Origin: Dehalococcoidia bacterium | GTDB taxonomy: Bacteria > Chloroflexota > Dehalococcoidia > SM23-28-2 > HRBIN24 | Assembly: GCA_035574155.1 (NCBI GenBank) | Contig: DATLZD010000062.1 | Location: 1,878 to 65,877 of the forward strand | Length of the DNA stretch: 64,000 nt | Direction of reading: 5' to 3' | Shown: positions 52,403-62,991 of the stretch, in pieces | Position numbering within the stretch: the first letter of the stretch is position 1 | Layout: each line of letters opens with the position of its first letter | Notes under the pieces: generated by a model | The model's database searches: none | What the model was told of the DNA's origin: nothing | The model's input: only the letters and a program-made list of their open reading frames with translations | Program-made: the position numbers and the translations under genes

Positions 52403-54780
52403 GCGCCCCCGAGCACGGCCTCCAGCTCCATCTCTCCCCGCACCCGTAGGGAGAGGAGTGTGCCTTCACGACGCCTTCGCCGGGCCAGAAGGTCGGCCCC
52501 CCGCACCTGGACCCGCTCCACTGCTGACGGCTCCAGGAGGTGCAGGTCGATGCGTCGCTGGAGGCCGGCCAGGTGCACCAGCAGCCTGCCGCCCTGGAGG
52601 CGGGCCGCGGCCAAAAAGGCACGGCCGCGGGCCCAGAGACGTGCCTGGGCCTGGCGCTGCACGCGCACCTGCAGGGTGAGGGGCGACCAGGCCTGGCGGT
52701 CCAGGGAGGCGGCGGCCGGGGCCAGCGGCAGCAACGAGTCGCCCCGCACGAAGATGGGCATGCGCTCCAGGGGCACCCGCAGATGGCGCCAGCAGGGGCC
52801 TTGCGTCCGCTGGCCCGTCCACCAGTCGTGCCAGGTGCCGGGCGGGAGGTAGAGCCGCACGGTGCCGTTGGGGTCCAGCACCGGCGCCACCAGCAGCCAC
52901 GGTCCCAGCATGAACTGCCAGTCCACTTGCCAGGACGTCTCGTCTTCGGGGAACTCGAGCAAGAGGGGGCGGGCCAGGGGCAGTCCGGTGACCGCCGCCT
53001 CCCGCACCAGCCACGACAGGTAGGGCATGAGGCGGTAGCGCAGCCGCGCAAAGCGGCGGACGACGCGCACGGCCGTCTCGCCGTAATACCAGGGCTCCCG
53101 GCCGCGGATGCCGTGGAACCGTGCCACCGGCGACAGTAGGCCCCATTGGGCCCAACGGACGAAGAAGTCCGGGGGCGGTGGCCTCAGGGCGTCGGGGTTC
53201 CAGAAACCACCGATATCGTGGCCCCACAGGGCGAAGCCCGACAGGGAGAGGGAGAGGCCTGCCCGCAGGGCGGCTGCCATACCTCCCCAGGTGGAGGGCG
53301 TGTCGCCCAGCCAGTGGACCGGGTAGCGCTGGGAACCGGCGTAGCCCGAACGGGCGAAGATGACGCCCTCGCCCCGCTCCTCCTTCACTACCTGATAGAC
53401 GGCCCGATTGTAGAGGAGCGGATAGAGGTTGTGGGCGCGGCGGCCATCGCTGCCGTCGGACATCACCGCCTCGGCCGGCAGCCCCTCACCGTAGTCGGCC
53501 TTGAAGGCGGCCACACCCGCCCGCAGGTAGGGACGGTGCTGGGCCTGCCACCAGGCAACGGCCTCTGGGTCGGTGAAGTCCACCGGTGTCGCATCGGGGT
53601 TGTCCAGGGAGGTGGCGAGGCCGCCGTGGCGGGACCGGACCAGATAGCCCCTCTCCTCACCCTCCCGGTGTAGCTGGGTGTCCCGCCAGACGTAGGGGTT
53701 CTCCCACAGGCAGAGGCGGAAACCTCGCTGCCGCAGCCAGGCCACCAGCTCTTCCGGGTCGCCGAAGCGCTCCCGGCTCCAGCGGAAGTGGCAGCCGTCC
53801 CGCTGGCGCTGCTCCCGCCCCTCCAGCCAGAGGGGGTCCAGGTGGACCACGTCTCCTGGGATGCCCAGCTCACGCAGGCGGGAGGCGACCCGCTCCACCT
53901 GTTGTCGGTCGCGATACATGCAGCGGGACCACCACACACCCAGGGCCCACAGGGGCACGGGCGGCGTCCGGCCCGTGAGGCGCGTATAGAGCTGCAGGAG
54001 CTGTCCCGGGCCTTCGCCCAGCAACAGGAAGAGGTCCAGGTAGGGGTCTTCCACCAGCAGCGATGCGCTCTGGGGATAGGGGTCGCCCAGCTCCCATACG
54101 CTGGGGCTGGACTGGTGCAGGAAGAGGCCATAGCCGCGGCTGCTCAGGAGGAAGGGGACGACGATGTAGGCGGCGGGACCGATGGTGCCCTGGATGTCGC
54201 GGCACCAGAGGAAGGCGCGGGAGCCGCGCCGGTCCAGTCGGCCGAAGCCTTGGCCCAGGCCGTAGAGCCCCTCGCCCTGGGAGAGGCCCCAGGTGAGGAA
54301 AAAGGCCTGCCGCCCGTCAGGGGCGGTGGCGGTGCCCAGGGGCAGGGCCGTGGGGCCTACCAGCGACGCCTCGCCGGTGGCTGTGGTCCAGCGGCAGCTT
54401 CGGCCCGTGTAGACTCGGAGGCCGAAGGGTGGGTCCGACACTTCCACTGCCTGGGGCCCCAGCGAGGCCGTCGTCCCCGTACTGGTGTGCCGCAGGGCAG
54501 GGGGCTGACGCCTGGGGCGGGGCGCCGAGACCAGCATGGGCGAGGTCGCCGGTGGCGGTTCGCCCGTCCAGGCCCGCAGGCGCAGAATGCCCCCTGCCAG
54601 CCACTGGACCTCCAGCCAGGCCTGGCGCCCTTCCTGACTGCGCACCTGGCAGAGGAGGGAGCCGGGCCGTGCCTCAGCCGCCACCGCCTCCTGGAAGGGG
54701 TCGTAGCGCCAGCCGGGGCGCAGAAAAATGGGTGGCCAGTGCTCCGTCAGCTCTCCTAGGGGGATGCCGGGGCCGCTCAT
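52399..54780 (-). CDS. Glycoside hydrolase family 31 (alpha-glucosidase/alpha-xylosidase-like)
   Basis: 793 aa; catalytic region KADYGEG, HWLGDTPSTW, GHDIGGF. Confidence 0.85.
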   Translation of the reverse strand: MSGPGIPLGELTEHWPPIFLRPGWRYDPFQEAVAAEARPGSLLCQVRSQEGRQAWLEVQWLAGGILRLRAWTGEPPPATSPMLVSAPRPRRQPPALRHTSTGTTASLGPQAVEVSDPPFGLRVYTGRSCRWTTATGEASLVGPTALPLGTATAPDGRQAFFLTWGLSQGEGLYGLGQGFGRLDRRGSRAFLWCRDIQGTIGPAAYIVVPFLLSSRGYGLFLHQSSPSVWELGDPYPQSASLLVEDPYLDLFLLLGEGPGQLLQLYTRLTGRTPPVPLWALGVWWSRCMYRDRQQVERVASRLRELGIPGDVVHLDPLWLEGREQRQRDGCHFRWSRERFGDPEELVAWLRQRGFRLCLWENPYVWRDTQLHREGEERGYLVRSRHGGLATSLDNPDATPVDFTDPEAVAWWQAQHRPYLRAGVAAFKADYGEGLPAEAVMSDGSDGRRAHNLYPLLYNRAVYQVVKEERGEGVIFARSGYAGSQRYPVHWLGDTPSTWGGMAAALRAGLSLSLSGFALWGHDIGGFWNPDALRPPPPDFFVRWAQWGLLSPVARFHGIRGREPWYYGETAVRVVRRFARLRYRLMPYLSWLVREAAVTGLPLARPLLLEFPEDETSWQVDWQFMLGPWLLVAPVLDPNGTVRLYLPPGTWHDWWTGQRTQGPCWRHLRVPLERMPIFVRGDSLLPLAPAAASLDRQAWSPLTLQVRVQRQAQARLWARGRAFLAAARLQGGRLLVHLAGLQRRIDLHLLEPSAVERVQVRGADLLARRRRREGTLLSLRVRGEMELEAVLGGA

Positions 54781-54805
54781 GCCGCCTCTCGGCCCATATT
54801 AGCAC

Positions 54806-55609
54806 CTAGCGCTGACAGCGAGGACAGTAGCTGGTGATGCGCCCGCCTGTAAGGACCTCGGCGATGGTCTCGCCGCAGCGCGGGCAGGGCTGCCCCCCGC
54901 GCCGGTGGACCTGCAGGTGGTCGCGGAACTCTTCCTCGGGCAGCCCCTCCCGCTCCATGCGCCCCAGCACGGTGGCGGTGGCCTCTTGCAGGACGCGGCG
55001 CATGGCCTCCAGAAGCCGCTGGGCCTCCTGGGGCGTTACGTCCTGGGCAGGGCGGAAGGGGGAGAGACCGGCGGCGAACAGGACCTCGTCGGCATAGGCA
55101 TTGCCGATGCCCGAGACCAGCTTTTCGCCGGTGATGAGGGCCTTGAGCTTGCCGCGGAGGGCCTGCAGCCTCTGCCAGAGGCCCTCCGGCGTCAGGGAGG
55201 GGTCCAGGGCATCGGGCACAGGCGCGGCCGGAGCAGATAGGGCGGTGCCGTCAGGGTAGACGTGGACGCGGGAGAGGAGCCTATCGTCCCACAGCCGTAG
55301 GTCGGTGCCGTCGGCGAAGGCCAGGACCAGGGCGGTGCGCGGCCTGAAGGGTGCCTCGTGGGGCAAATGGAGAAGACGCCCGCTGATCATGGGGTGCAGG
55401 AGGAGGAGCGGGCCGTCGGCGAAGTCCAGCCGCAGTTGCTTGCCGAGGCGGGAGGCGTCGGTCAGGGAGCGCCCGGCCAGGGACGGCAGCAGCTCACGTC
55501 CCACCTTCACCACGACCGGGATGAGTGCCCGGGCCTCGGTCACCTCCTGTCCGACCAGGCGGCGACGGATGTAAGCGGCATATGCCTCCAGGTCTGGCGC
55601 CTCGGGCAC
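54806..55609 (-). CDS. Fpg/Nei-family DNA glycosylase/AP lyase
   Basis: N-terminal MPE (Pro2/Glu3), H2TH region, C-terminal CPRC...CPRC zinc finger. Confidence 0.85.
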   Translation of the reverse strand: MPEAPDLEAYAAYIRRRLVGQEVTEARALIPVVVKVGRELLPSLAGRSLTDASRLGKQLRLDFADGPLLLLHPMISGRLLHLPHEAPFRPRTALVLAFADGTDLRLWDDRLLSRVHVYPDGTALSAPAAPVPDALDPSLTPEGLWQRLQALRGKLKALITGEKLVSGIGNAYADEVLFAAGLSPFRPAQDVTPQEAQRLLEAMRRVLQEATATVLGRMEREGLPEEEFRDHLQVHRRGGQPCPRCGETIAEVLTGGRITSYCPRCQR

Positions 55610-55615
55610 GGCCTG

Positions 55616-56440
55616 CTACCGCTGCCACTTGGGGTAGGAGCCGAGGATGCGGAAGAAGGAGCACTGGCGGCGCACCGCCTCCAGGGCCTCCGCCAGCAGC
55701 GGCTCCTGCCGGTGCCCGTCCACGTCCACCAGGAAGATGTACGTCCCCAGCTTGTCGCCGGTGGGTCGCGACTCGATCTTGCTCAGGTTGATGCCCCGCG
55801 ACGAGAACTCGGTAAGGGCGCCCACCAGCAAGCCCGGCCGGTCCTCGGTGGCGAAGGCGAAGGCCAGGGAGGTCTTGTCCCGTCCCGTGGGCGGATGGTC
55901 CTCCCTGGCCAGGACCACGAACCGGGTCAGATTCGGCTGCCGGTCCTGGATGGACTCGGCCAGCACCTGGGCGCCATAAAGCTGGGCGGCGCGACGATTG
56001 CCGATGGCGGCGGCGTCCTGCCGGGCCATGGCCTCCTCCACCGCCGCCGCTGTGGACAGGGCCGCCACCAGCTCCGCCTTGGGAAAGCACCGCTCGATGA
56101 AGCGGCGGCACTGGGCCAGCGCCTGGGGGTGGGAATAGATGACCTTCACCTGGGAGGCCTCCACGCCCGGTGGCACCAGCAGGTGGTGCTCGATGGGGAG
56201 CACCAGCTCGCTGCGGACCAGGAGGTCGGACTCGTGGACCAGCACGTCCAGGGTCTCGGGCACGGAGCCCTCCAGGGAGTTCTCGATGGGCACTACCCCT
56301 GCATCGGCCATGCCAGCGGCCACGGCGGCGGCCACGGCGCTGATGCTGGGCAGGGGCAGGTGCTGGGCGCCCGGGTCGTAACGGAGGGCGGCCTCCTCGC
56401 TGAAGGTGCCCTGGGGACCCAGATAGGCCAGCCTGGTCAT
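55616..56440 (-). CDS. pheA: Prephenate dehydratase with ACT domain
   Basis: 274 aa; PDT domain then ACT regulatory domain (ESRP motif). Confidence 0.9.
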   Translation of the reverse strand: MTRLAYLGPQGTFSEEAALRYDPGAQHLPLPSISAVAAAVAAGMADAGVVPIENSLEGSVPETLDVLVHESDLLVRSELVLPIEHHLLVPPGVEASQVKVIYSHPQALAQCRRFIERCFPKAELVAALSTAAAVEEAMARQDAAAIGNRRAAQLYGAQVLAESIQDRQPNLTRFVVLAREDHPPTGRDKTSLAFAFATEDRPGLLVGALTEFSSRGINLSKIESRPTGDKLGTYIFLVDVDGHRQEPLLAEALEAVRRQCSFFRILGSYPKWQR

Positions 56441-57138
56441 CGGGGGGCCACTAGAGGACCATACGGTCCGTAGCGGGCGGGGCTGGTGAGGATCTCCCGC
56501 AGCGCCTCCTCGTTCTCCCGGCGCGTGACCACCACCACCCGGTCATCGGCCCGCAGGACGGTGTCGGGGTCGGGGGGCTTGGGCGTCCCGTCCTCCTCGA
56601 TGATGAGGGCGATGATGGACTGCTGGGGCAGGAGCACCTCCCGGAGGCGCTTGCCCACTACGGCGGCATGGTGCGGGATCCTCACCTCCACCATCTCCAG
56701 GCCGCCGCCCCGCATGGACAGGAGGTGGATGAGGGCGTGCACCGGCACCTCCTGCTCGATGTGGGCCAGGATGGCGTCGGTGGCGTTGACGGTGTGGTCG
56801 ATGCCCAGGCGGCGGAACACCTCGGCGTTCTTGGGGTTATTGATGCGGGCCACGGTGCGGGGGACCTGGAAGCGGGCCTTGGCCACCTGGCAGACCACCA
56901 GGTTGTCCTCGTCGTCCCCGGTGACGGCCACCACCATGTCGGCCCGGTTGAAGCCCGCCCGCTCCATCACCCCCACCTCGCAGCCGTCCCCCCTCAGGAC
57001 GATGTCGCCCAGCTCGGCCTCCAGGCGCTCGCAGCGGGCGCGGTCCCGTTCGATGAGCAGGACCTCGTGCCCGTCCTCCAGCAGTGCCTTGGCCAGGTGG
57101 TAGCCCACCTTTCCGCCGCCGACGATGACGACATACAT
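56437..57138 (-). CDS. trkA: TrkA/RCK family protein (TrkA-N NAD-binding + TrkA-C)
   Basis: GGGKVG Rossmann motif, C-terminal TrkA-C; overlaps pheA start by 4 nt. Confidence 0.8.
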   Translation of the reverse strand: MYVVIVGGGKVGYHLAKALLEDGHEVLLIERDRARCERLEAELGDIVLRGDGCEVGVMERAGFNRADMVVAVTGDDEDNLVVCQVAKARFQVPRTVARINNPKNAEVFRRLGIDHTVNATDAILAHIEQEVPVHALIHLLSMRGGGLEMVEVRIPHHAAVVGKRLREVLLPQQSIIALIIEEDGTPKPPDPDTVLRADDRVVVVTRRENEEALREILTSPARYGPYGPLVAPR

Positions 57139-57144
57139 GCAGCC

Positions 57145-57564
57145 TTACTCCCTTCTGGGCGAAGCCTCCTGCAGGGCCATCTCCCGCAGCCTCTGGACCG
57201 TGGTGCGAGTGGGACTGTAGGTCTCCAGGCCCAGCTCCCGGTATATCTCCTCGCGGATGGGGTCGTATATGCGGCAGATGACCTTGGGCACGTGGAAGAT
57301 GTGCTTGGCGATCTGGGCCGCCATCACGTTGCGGTTATCGCCCTGGGTGACGGCGATGAAGACATCGGCCTCGGCCAGGCCGATGCGCCGCAGCACGTCC
57401 TGGTCGATGCCGTTGCCCACCACCCTGCGGCCCTTGAAGTCGGGGGGCAGTCGGCGGAAGGCGTCGGGGTTGATGTCCAGCACCGCCACCTGGTGCCCCT
57501 CTGCCTCCAGCCGGACGGCCAGCTCGGAGCCGACGCGGCCGCAGCCCATGATGACGACCTTCAT
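57145..57564 (-). CDS. TrkA-N (RCK N-terminal) domain protein
   Basis: ATG 57564 (MKVVIMGCGRVG); ATGA overlap with usp stop; track ORF extends to 57687. Confidence 0.75.
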   Translation of the reverse strand: MKVVIMGCGRVGSELAVRLEAEGHQVAVLDINPDAFRRLPPDFKGRRVVGNGIDQDVLRRIGLAEADVFIAVTQGDNRNVMAAQIAKHIFHVPKVICRIYDPIREEIYRELGLETYSPTRTTVQRLREMALQEASPRRE

Positions 57565-58052
57565 GACACCGGCAGGGGACGACGTATTATCCAGACCTCG
57601 CAGGGTGCGTGTTGGACGACGTAACGGGCCACCCGTCCCAGGGGCAGCTCGGCCGAGACGGGGCGGGGCTTGCCCTCGGTGGGCCACTCGTAGCCGCCCT
57701 CTATCACCTGGGGCTCCACGCCCATGATAATGGCCTCCACGCCCCGCTCGATGGCCTCGTCGACGATGGCGTGTCCCGCGTCGCGGGCCTGCAGGAGCTC
57801 CCCCTCCAGCTCGTAGTCGTTCTCTCTGGCCACCCGCTCCGCTTCCTCCAGGATCCGCTCCCCCTTGTCGGCCTCGGCGCCCATGGGGGCGTCCAGGGGG
57901 AGGCTGCGTGCCACCTCGATGACGTAGACGGCGTAGACCTTGCCGCGGTTACGCTTGGCCAGGGCGCAGGCCAGGGCCACCGCGTCCAGGCTGGCCTCGG
58001 AGCCATCGACGGGGACCAGGATCTCTTTCAGCTGGTAGGGGAGCCTTCTCAC
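57561..58052 (-). CDS. Universal stress protein (UspA family)
   Basis: 163 aa; ILVPVDGSE N-term and C-terminal ATP-binding G..G...S region. Confidence 0.85.
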   Translation of the reverse strand: MRRLPYQLKEILVPVDGSEASLDAVALACALAKRNRGKVYAVYVIEVARSLPLDAPMGAEADKGERILEEAERVARENDYELEGELLQARDAGHAIVDEAIERGVEAIIMGVEPQVIEGGYEWPTEGKPRPVSAELPLGRVARYVVQHAPCEVWIIRRPLPVS

Positions 58053-58235
58053 GCCCGACCTTCACCCCATTAGCGCCATAATTATAAACCCTAATGCTGG
58101 CAAAACGTAGCGGGGGGCGGCCCTTTACCGCCCCACAGCTAGGGCCATATACTGGGAAGCGGCCGCTGGGCACAGGCTCCCTTTACCTGTGAGTATGGGC
58201 AATCTATACTGGAGGGGACGAAGGTAAGAGCAGGT

Positions 58236-59123
58236 ATGGCGACGGAAACGGGCACCTATCGCGTCAAGTGTGGCCTGGCCCAGATGCTCAAGGGCGGCGT
58301 CATCATGGACGTGGTGACGCCCGAGCAGGCCAAGATTGCTGAGGCGGCTGGGGCCTGTGCCGTGATGGCCCTCGAGCGGGTGCCGGCCGATATCCGGGCC
58401 GCCGGTGGCGTGGCCCGCATGGCTGACCCGGAGCGCATCCTCAAGATCATGGACGCCGTCTCCATACCGGTGATGGCCAAGTGCCGCATCGGCCACATCG
58501 TCGAGGCCCAGATACTGGAGGCTATCGGGGTGGACTTCATCGACGAGTCGGAGGTACTGACCCCCGCCGATGAGGCCCACCACATCAACAAGTGGCAGTT
58601 CCGGGTGCCCTTCGTGTGCGGCGCCCGGGACCTGGGCGAGGCCCTGCGCCGCATCGGCGAGGGGGCAGCCATGATCCGCACCAAGGGTGAGGCGGGCACC
58701 GGCAACGTGGTGGAGGCCGTCCGCCACATGCGGGCCATCATGGACGCCATCCGCCGCCTGCAGAACATGCCCGAAGAGGAGCTGATGGCCGAGGCCAAGG
58801 CCCTGGGCGCTCCCTACGAGCTGGTGAAGGAAACGGCCCGCCTGGGCCGGCTGCCGGTGGTCAACTTCGCCGCCGGCGGCATCGCTACCCCCGCCGATGC
58901 CGCCCTGATGATGGTCCTGGGCGCCGACGGCGTCTTCGTCGGCTCAGGCATCTTCAAGTCCGAGGACCCAGAGCGGAGGGCCGCGGCCATCGTCAAGGCC
59001 GTGACCCACTACCGCGACCCGGCGGTGCTGGCCGAGGTGTCGCGGGGCCTGGGAGAGCCCATGCGCGGCATCGACGTGCGCAGCCTGGCCCCCGAAGAGC
59101 GTCTGGCCATCCGCGGCTGGTAA
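58236..59123 (+). CDS. pdxS: Pyridoxal 5'-phosphate synthase, synthase subunit
   Basis: 295 aa; near-identical family signature ([17 protein letters not shown]). Confidence 0.95.
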   Translation: MATETGTYRVKCGLAQMLKGGVIMDVVTPEQAKIAEAAGACAVMALERVPADIRAAGGVARMADPERILKIMDAVSIPVMAKCRIGHIVEAQILEAIGVDFIDESEVLTPADEAHHINKWQFRVPFVCGARDLGEALRRIGEGAAMIRTKGEAGTGNVVEAVRHMRAIMDAIRRLQNMPEEELMAEAKALGAPYELVKETARLGRLPVVNFAAGGIATPADAALMMVLGADGVFVGSGIFKSEDPERRAAAIVKAVTHYRDPAVLAEVSRGLGEPMRGIDVRSLAPEERLAIRGW

Positions 59124-59194
59124 GGCCCCCCAACTGCTCCTGTGCTACAATGATGGTGCAGGCTGCCCCGTGGGCAGCCGCTGTAGTGGATAAG

Positions 59195-59815
59195 ATGTTC
59201 AAGGTCGGCGTCCTGGCCCTGCAAGGCGATTTCCTGGAGCACCAGCAGGCCTTGGAGCGTCTGGGCCAGCAGACAGTGCAGGTGCGCAAGCCCCAGGACC
59301 TGCTGGACTTGGACGCCCTGGTCATGCCCGGTGGCGAGTCCACCACCTTCTGCCGACTGATGGCCGACTTCGGCCTCTACGAGCCCCTGCGGGACCTCCT
59401 CTCCCAGGGGTTGCCGGTGTGGGGCACCTGCGCGGGCATGATCGTCCTGGCGCGCACCGTCCTGGACCTGCCCTTCCCTACCCTGGGGGTCCTGGACATC
59501 GTGGTGGACCGCAACGCCTACGGTCGTCAGGTGGACAGCTTCGAGACGGACCTGGCGGTGCCCGCTCTGGGGCCCGACCCCGTGCGGGCGGTCTTCATCC
59601 GCGCCCCGGTGGTGGTCTCGGTGGGGGAGGGGGTGGAGGTGCTGGCCCGGCTGCCCGACGGTCCCGACGTGCCGCCGGCAGGGGCTGGCACCGCCGTGGC
59701 CGTGCGACAGGGGCATGTCCTGGCTACCACCTTCCATCCCGAGCTCACAGACGACCTGCGCTTCCACCGGCTGTTCCTGGACATGGTTTCGGCCCGGCAG
59801 GCCAGACCCGTATGA
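59195..59815 (+). CDS. pdxT: Pyridoxal 5'-phosphate synthase, glutaminase subunit
   Basis: ATG 59195 (MFKVGVLALQGD); catalytic GTCAG Cys, HPE His. Confidence 0.9.
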   Translation: MFKVGVLALQGDFLEHQQALERLGQQTVQVRKPQDLLDLDALVMPGGESTTFCRLMADFGLYEPLRDLLSQGLPVWGTCAGMIVLARTVLDLPFPTLGVLDIVVDRNAYGRQVDSFETDLAVPALGPDPVRAVFIRAPVVVSVGEGVEVLARLPDGPDVPPAGAGTAVAVRQGHVLATTFHPELTDDLRFHRLFLDMVSARQARPV

Positions 59816-60753
59816 CGGGCGCCCTACCCCTCAACCCCGTTCACCTGTTGGCCTTGGTCTCGCCCCTCTGCCGGCTCCAGGCCGACGAGGCCCGCCCCTG
59901 GGAGCGCTTGGCGGGGCAGCCGGCCCCGCCGCCCTGGGAGGTGGCGCTGGAGCACATGCCCCTTTTGGCCCAGCGGCGTCGGGGATGGGTGCTCCTGGGG
60001 CTGGCGCGGGTGAGGGGCCTCCTCACCGCCCGTCGCCGCCGCCCGGGTGGGGCCTGGGAGGTGGACTGCCTACAGGTGGCCCCCGGCGACATCGAGGCCG
60101 CCGCCCGATTGCTGGAGACGGCCTGTGGACAGCTGGGGCAGGAGGGGGTCCAGCGCCTCTTCCTGCGCCTGGAGGCCGAGAGTCCCCTCCTGCGGGCTGC
60201 CTGTCGGGCAGGCTTCTTCCCCCTGCGCCAGGAGCGCCTATACCGCCTGAGCGGGGAGCACCGGCTGCACGAGGCATCCCCGGAGCGGCTGCTGCCCCTG
60301 ACCAGGGGCCACCTGTCGGCCCTGTTCCAGCTCTACAACGCCAGCGTGCCAGCCAGCGTCCGTTGCCTGGAGGGGATGACCCTGCGCGACTGGCAGGCTG
60401 CCCAGGAGCCCTGGTCGCAGCCGCAGGACGTGGCCCTATGGGACGGGGGGCGCATCCTGGCCTGGGCGCGCTTGGCCACTCCTGGCCGTAGCGCCCTCCT
60501 GAGCCTAATGCTCCACCCCGAGGCCCAGGCCCGCGCCCGCCAGCTGGTGGCCTCAGTGCTGGAAATGGTGCCGTCCCAGCGGCCCCTGTTCTGCCTGGTG
60601 GCGGCATACCAGCCAGCGGTGGCCTCGGCCCTCGAGGAGGCGGGCCTGGAGCCAGTGGCCGACTATCTAGTGCTCATGCGTCACCTGTTGCAGCGACAGG
60701 CCCACAAGACGGCCGAACCCGAGCGAGTGGGGGGAGCGGTCCCCGTTAGCTAG
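59812..60753 (+). CDS. Hypothetical protein, tandem GNAT-like acetyltransferase-fold candidate
   Basis: ATG 59812 overlapping pdxT stop (ATGA); ~313 aa; weak GNAT-like segments (RLFLRLEAESPLLRAACRAGF); first 131 codons of track ORF 59419.. are out-of-frame overlap with pdxT. Confidence 0.45.
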   Translation: MTGALPLNPVHLLALVSPLCRLQADEARPWERLAGQPAPPPWEVALEHMPLLAQRRRGWVLLGLARVRGLLTARRRRPGGAWEVDCLQVAPGDIEAAARLLETACGQLGQEGVQRLFLRLEAESPLLRAACRAGFFPLRQERLYRLSGEHRLHEASPERLLPLTRGHLSALFQLYNASVPASVRCLEGMTLRDWQAAQEPWSQPQDVALWDGGRILAWARLATPGRSALLSLMLHPEAQARARQLVASVLEMVPSQRPLFCLVAAYQPAVASALEEAGLEPVADYLVLMRHLLQRQAHKTAEPERVGGAVPVS

Positions 60754-60755
60754 CC

Positions 60756-62324
<1,569 letters not shown>

Positions 62325-62326
62325 CC

Positions 62327-62950
62327 ATGCCCCTTGGGGGCCTGTTCGTGACTCTGGAAGGGGGCGAGGGGGCGGGCAAGTCCTTCCAGGCGCGTGCCCT
62401 GGGCCGCCGTTTGAGGGAGTTGGGAGTCCCCTACCTCCTGACCTACGAGCCGGGCGCCACCGAGCTGGGCCTGCGCCTGAGGGAGCTGCTGATGGACGTC
62501 TCCCTGGACCTCTCCCCCTGGACGGAGCTGTTCCTGTTCGCCGCCGACCGTGCCCAGCACGTGCAGGAGGTGTTGCGCCCTGCCCTGGCAGCGGGGCAGG
62601 TGGTCCTGTGCGAGCGCTTCAGCGATTCCACCATCGCCTATCAGGGCTACGGCCGCGGCCTGCCCCTGGAGCAGGTCCGCCAGGTCTGCGGGGCGGCGGC
62701 CGACGGGCTGGTGCCGGACCTCACCTTCCTCCTGGACGTGCCGCCCGAGGTGGGCCTTGCCCGCAAGAAGGGGGATGACGACCGCTTTCGGCACCAGGCC
62801 CTGGACTTTCACCGCCGCGTGCGGGAAGGCTACCTCGCCCTGGCCCGGGAGGACCCCCGACGCATCGTGGTGGTGGACGCGGCCCTGCCCCAACAGCAGG
62901 TGACCGACCTCCTCTGGGAACACCTGCTCGGCCTGTTGCCGTCGCGATAG
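62327..62950 (+). CDS. tmk: Thymidylate kinase
   Basis: 207 aa; P-loop LEGGEGAGKS, DRF motif region, LID. Confidence 0.9.
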   Translation: MPLGGLFVTLEGGEGAGKSFQARALGRRLRELGVPYLLTYEPGATELGLRLRELLMDVSLDLSPWTELFLFAADRAQHVQEVLRPALAAGQVVLCERFSDSTIAYQGYGRGLPLEQVRQVCGAAADGLVPDLTFLLDVPPEVGLARKKGDDDRFRHQALDFHRRVREGYLALAREDPRRIVVVDAALPQQQVTDLLWEHLLGLLPSR

Positions 62951-62991
62951 GGCGTCGGTATCCCCTGTGGCATAATCGGTCATGGGACATG

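Noticed and set aside
59419-59811. 5' part of track ORF 59419..60753 overlapping pdxT
   Set aside because: Out-of-frame overlap with pdxT. The real gene starts at ATG 59812, coupled to the pdxT stop.
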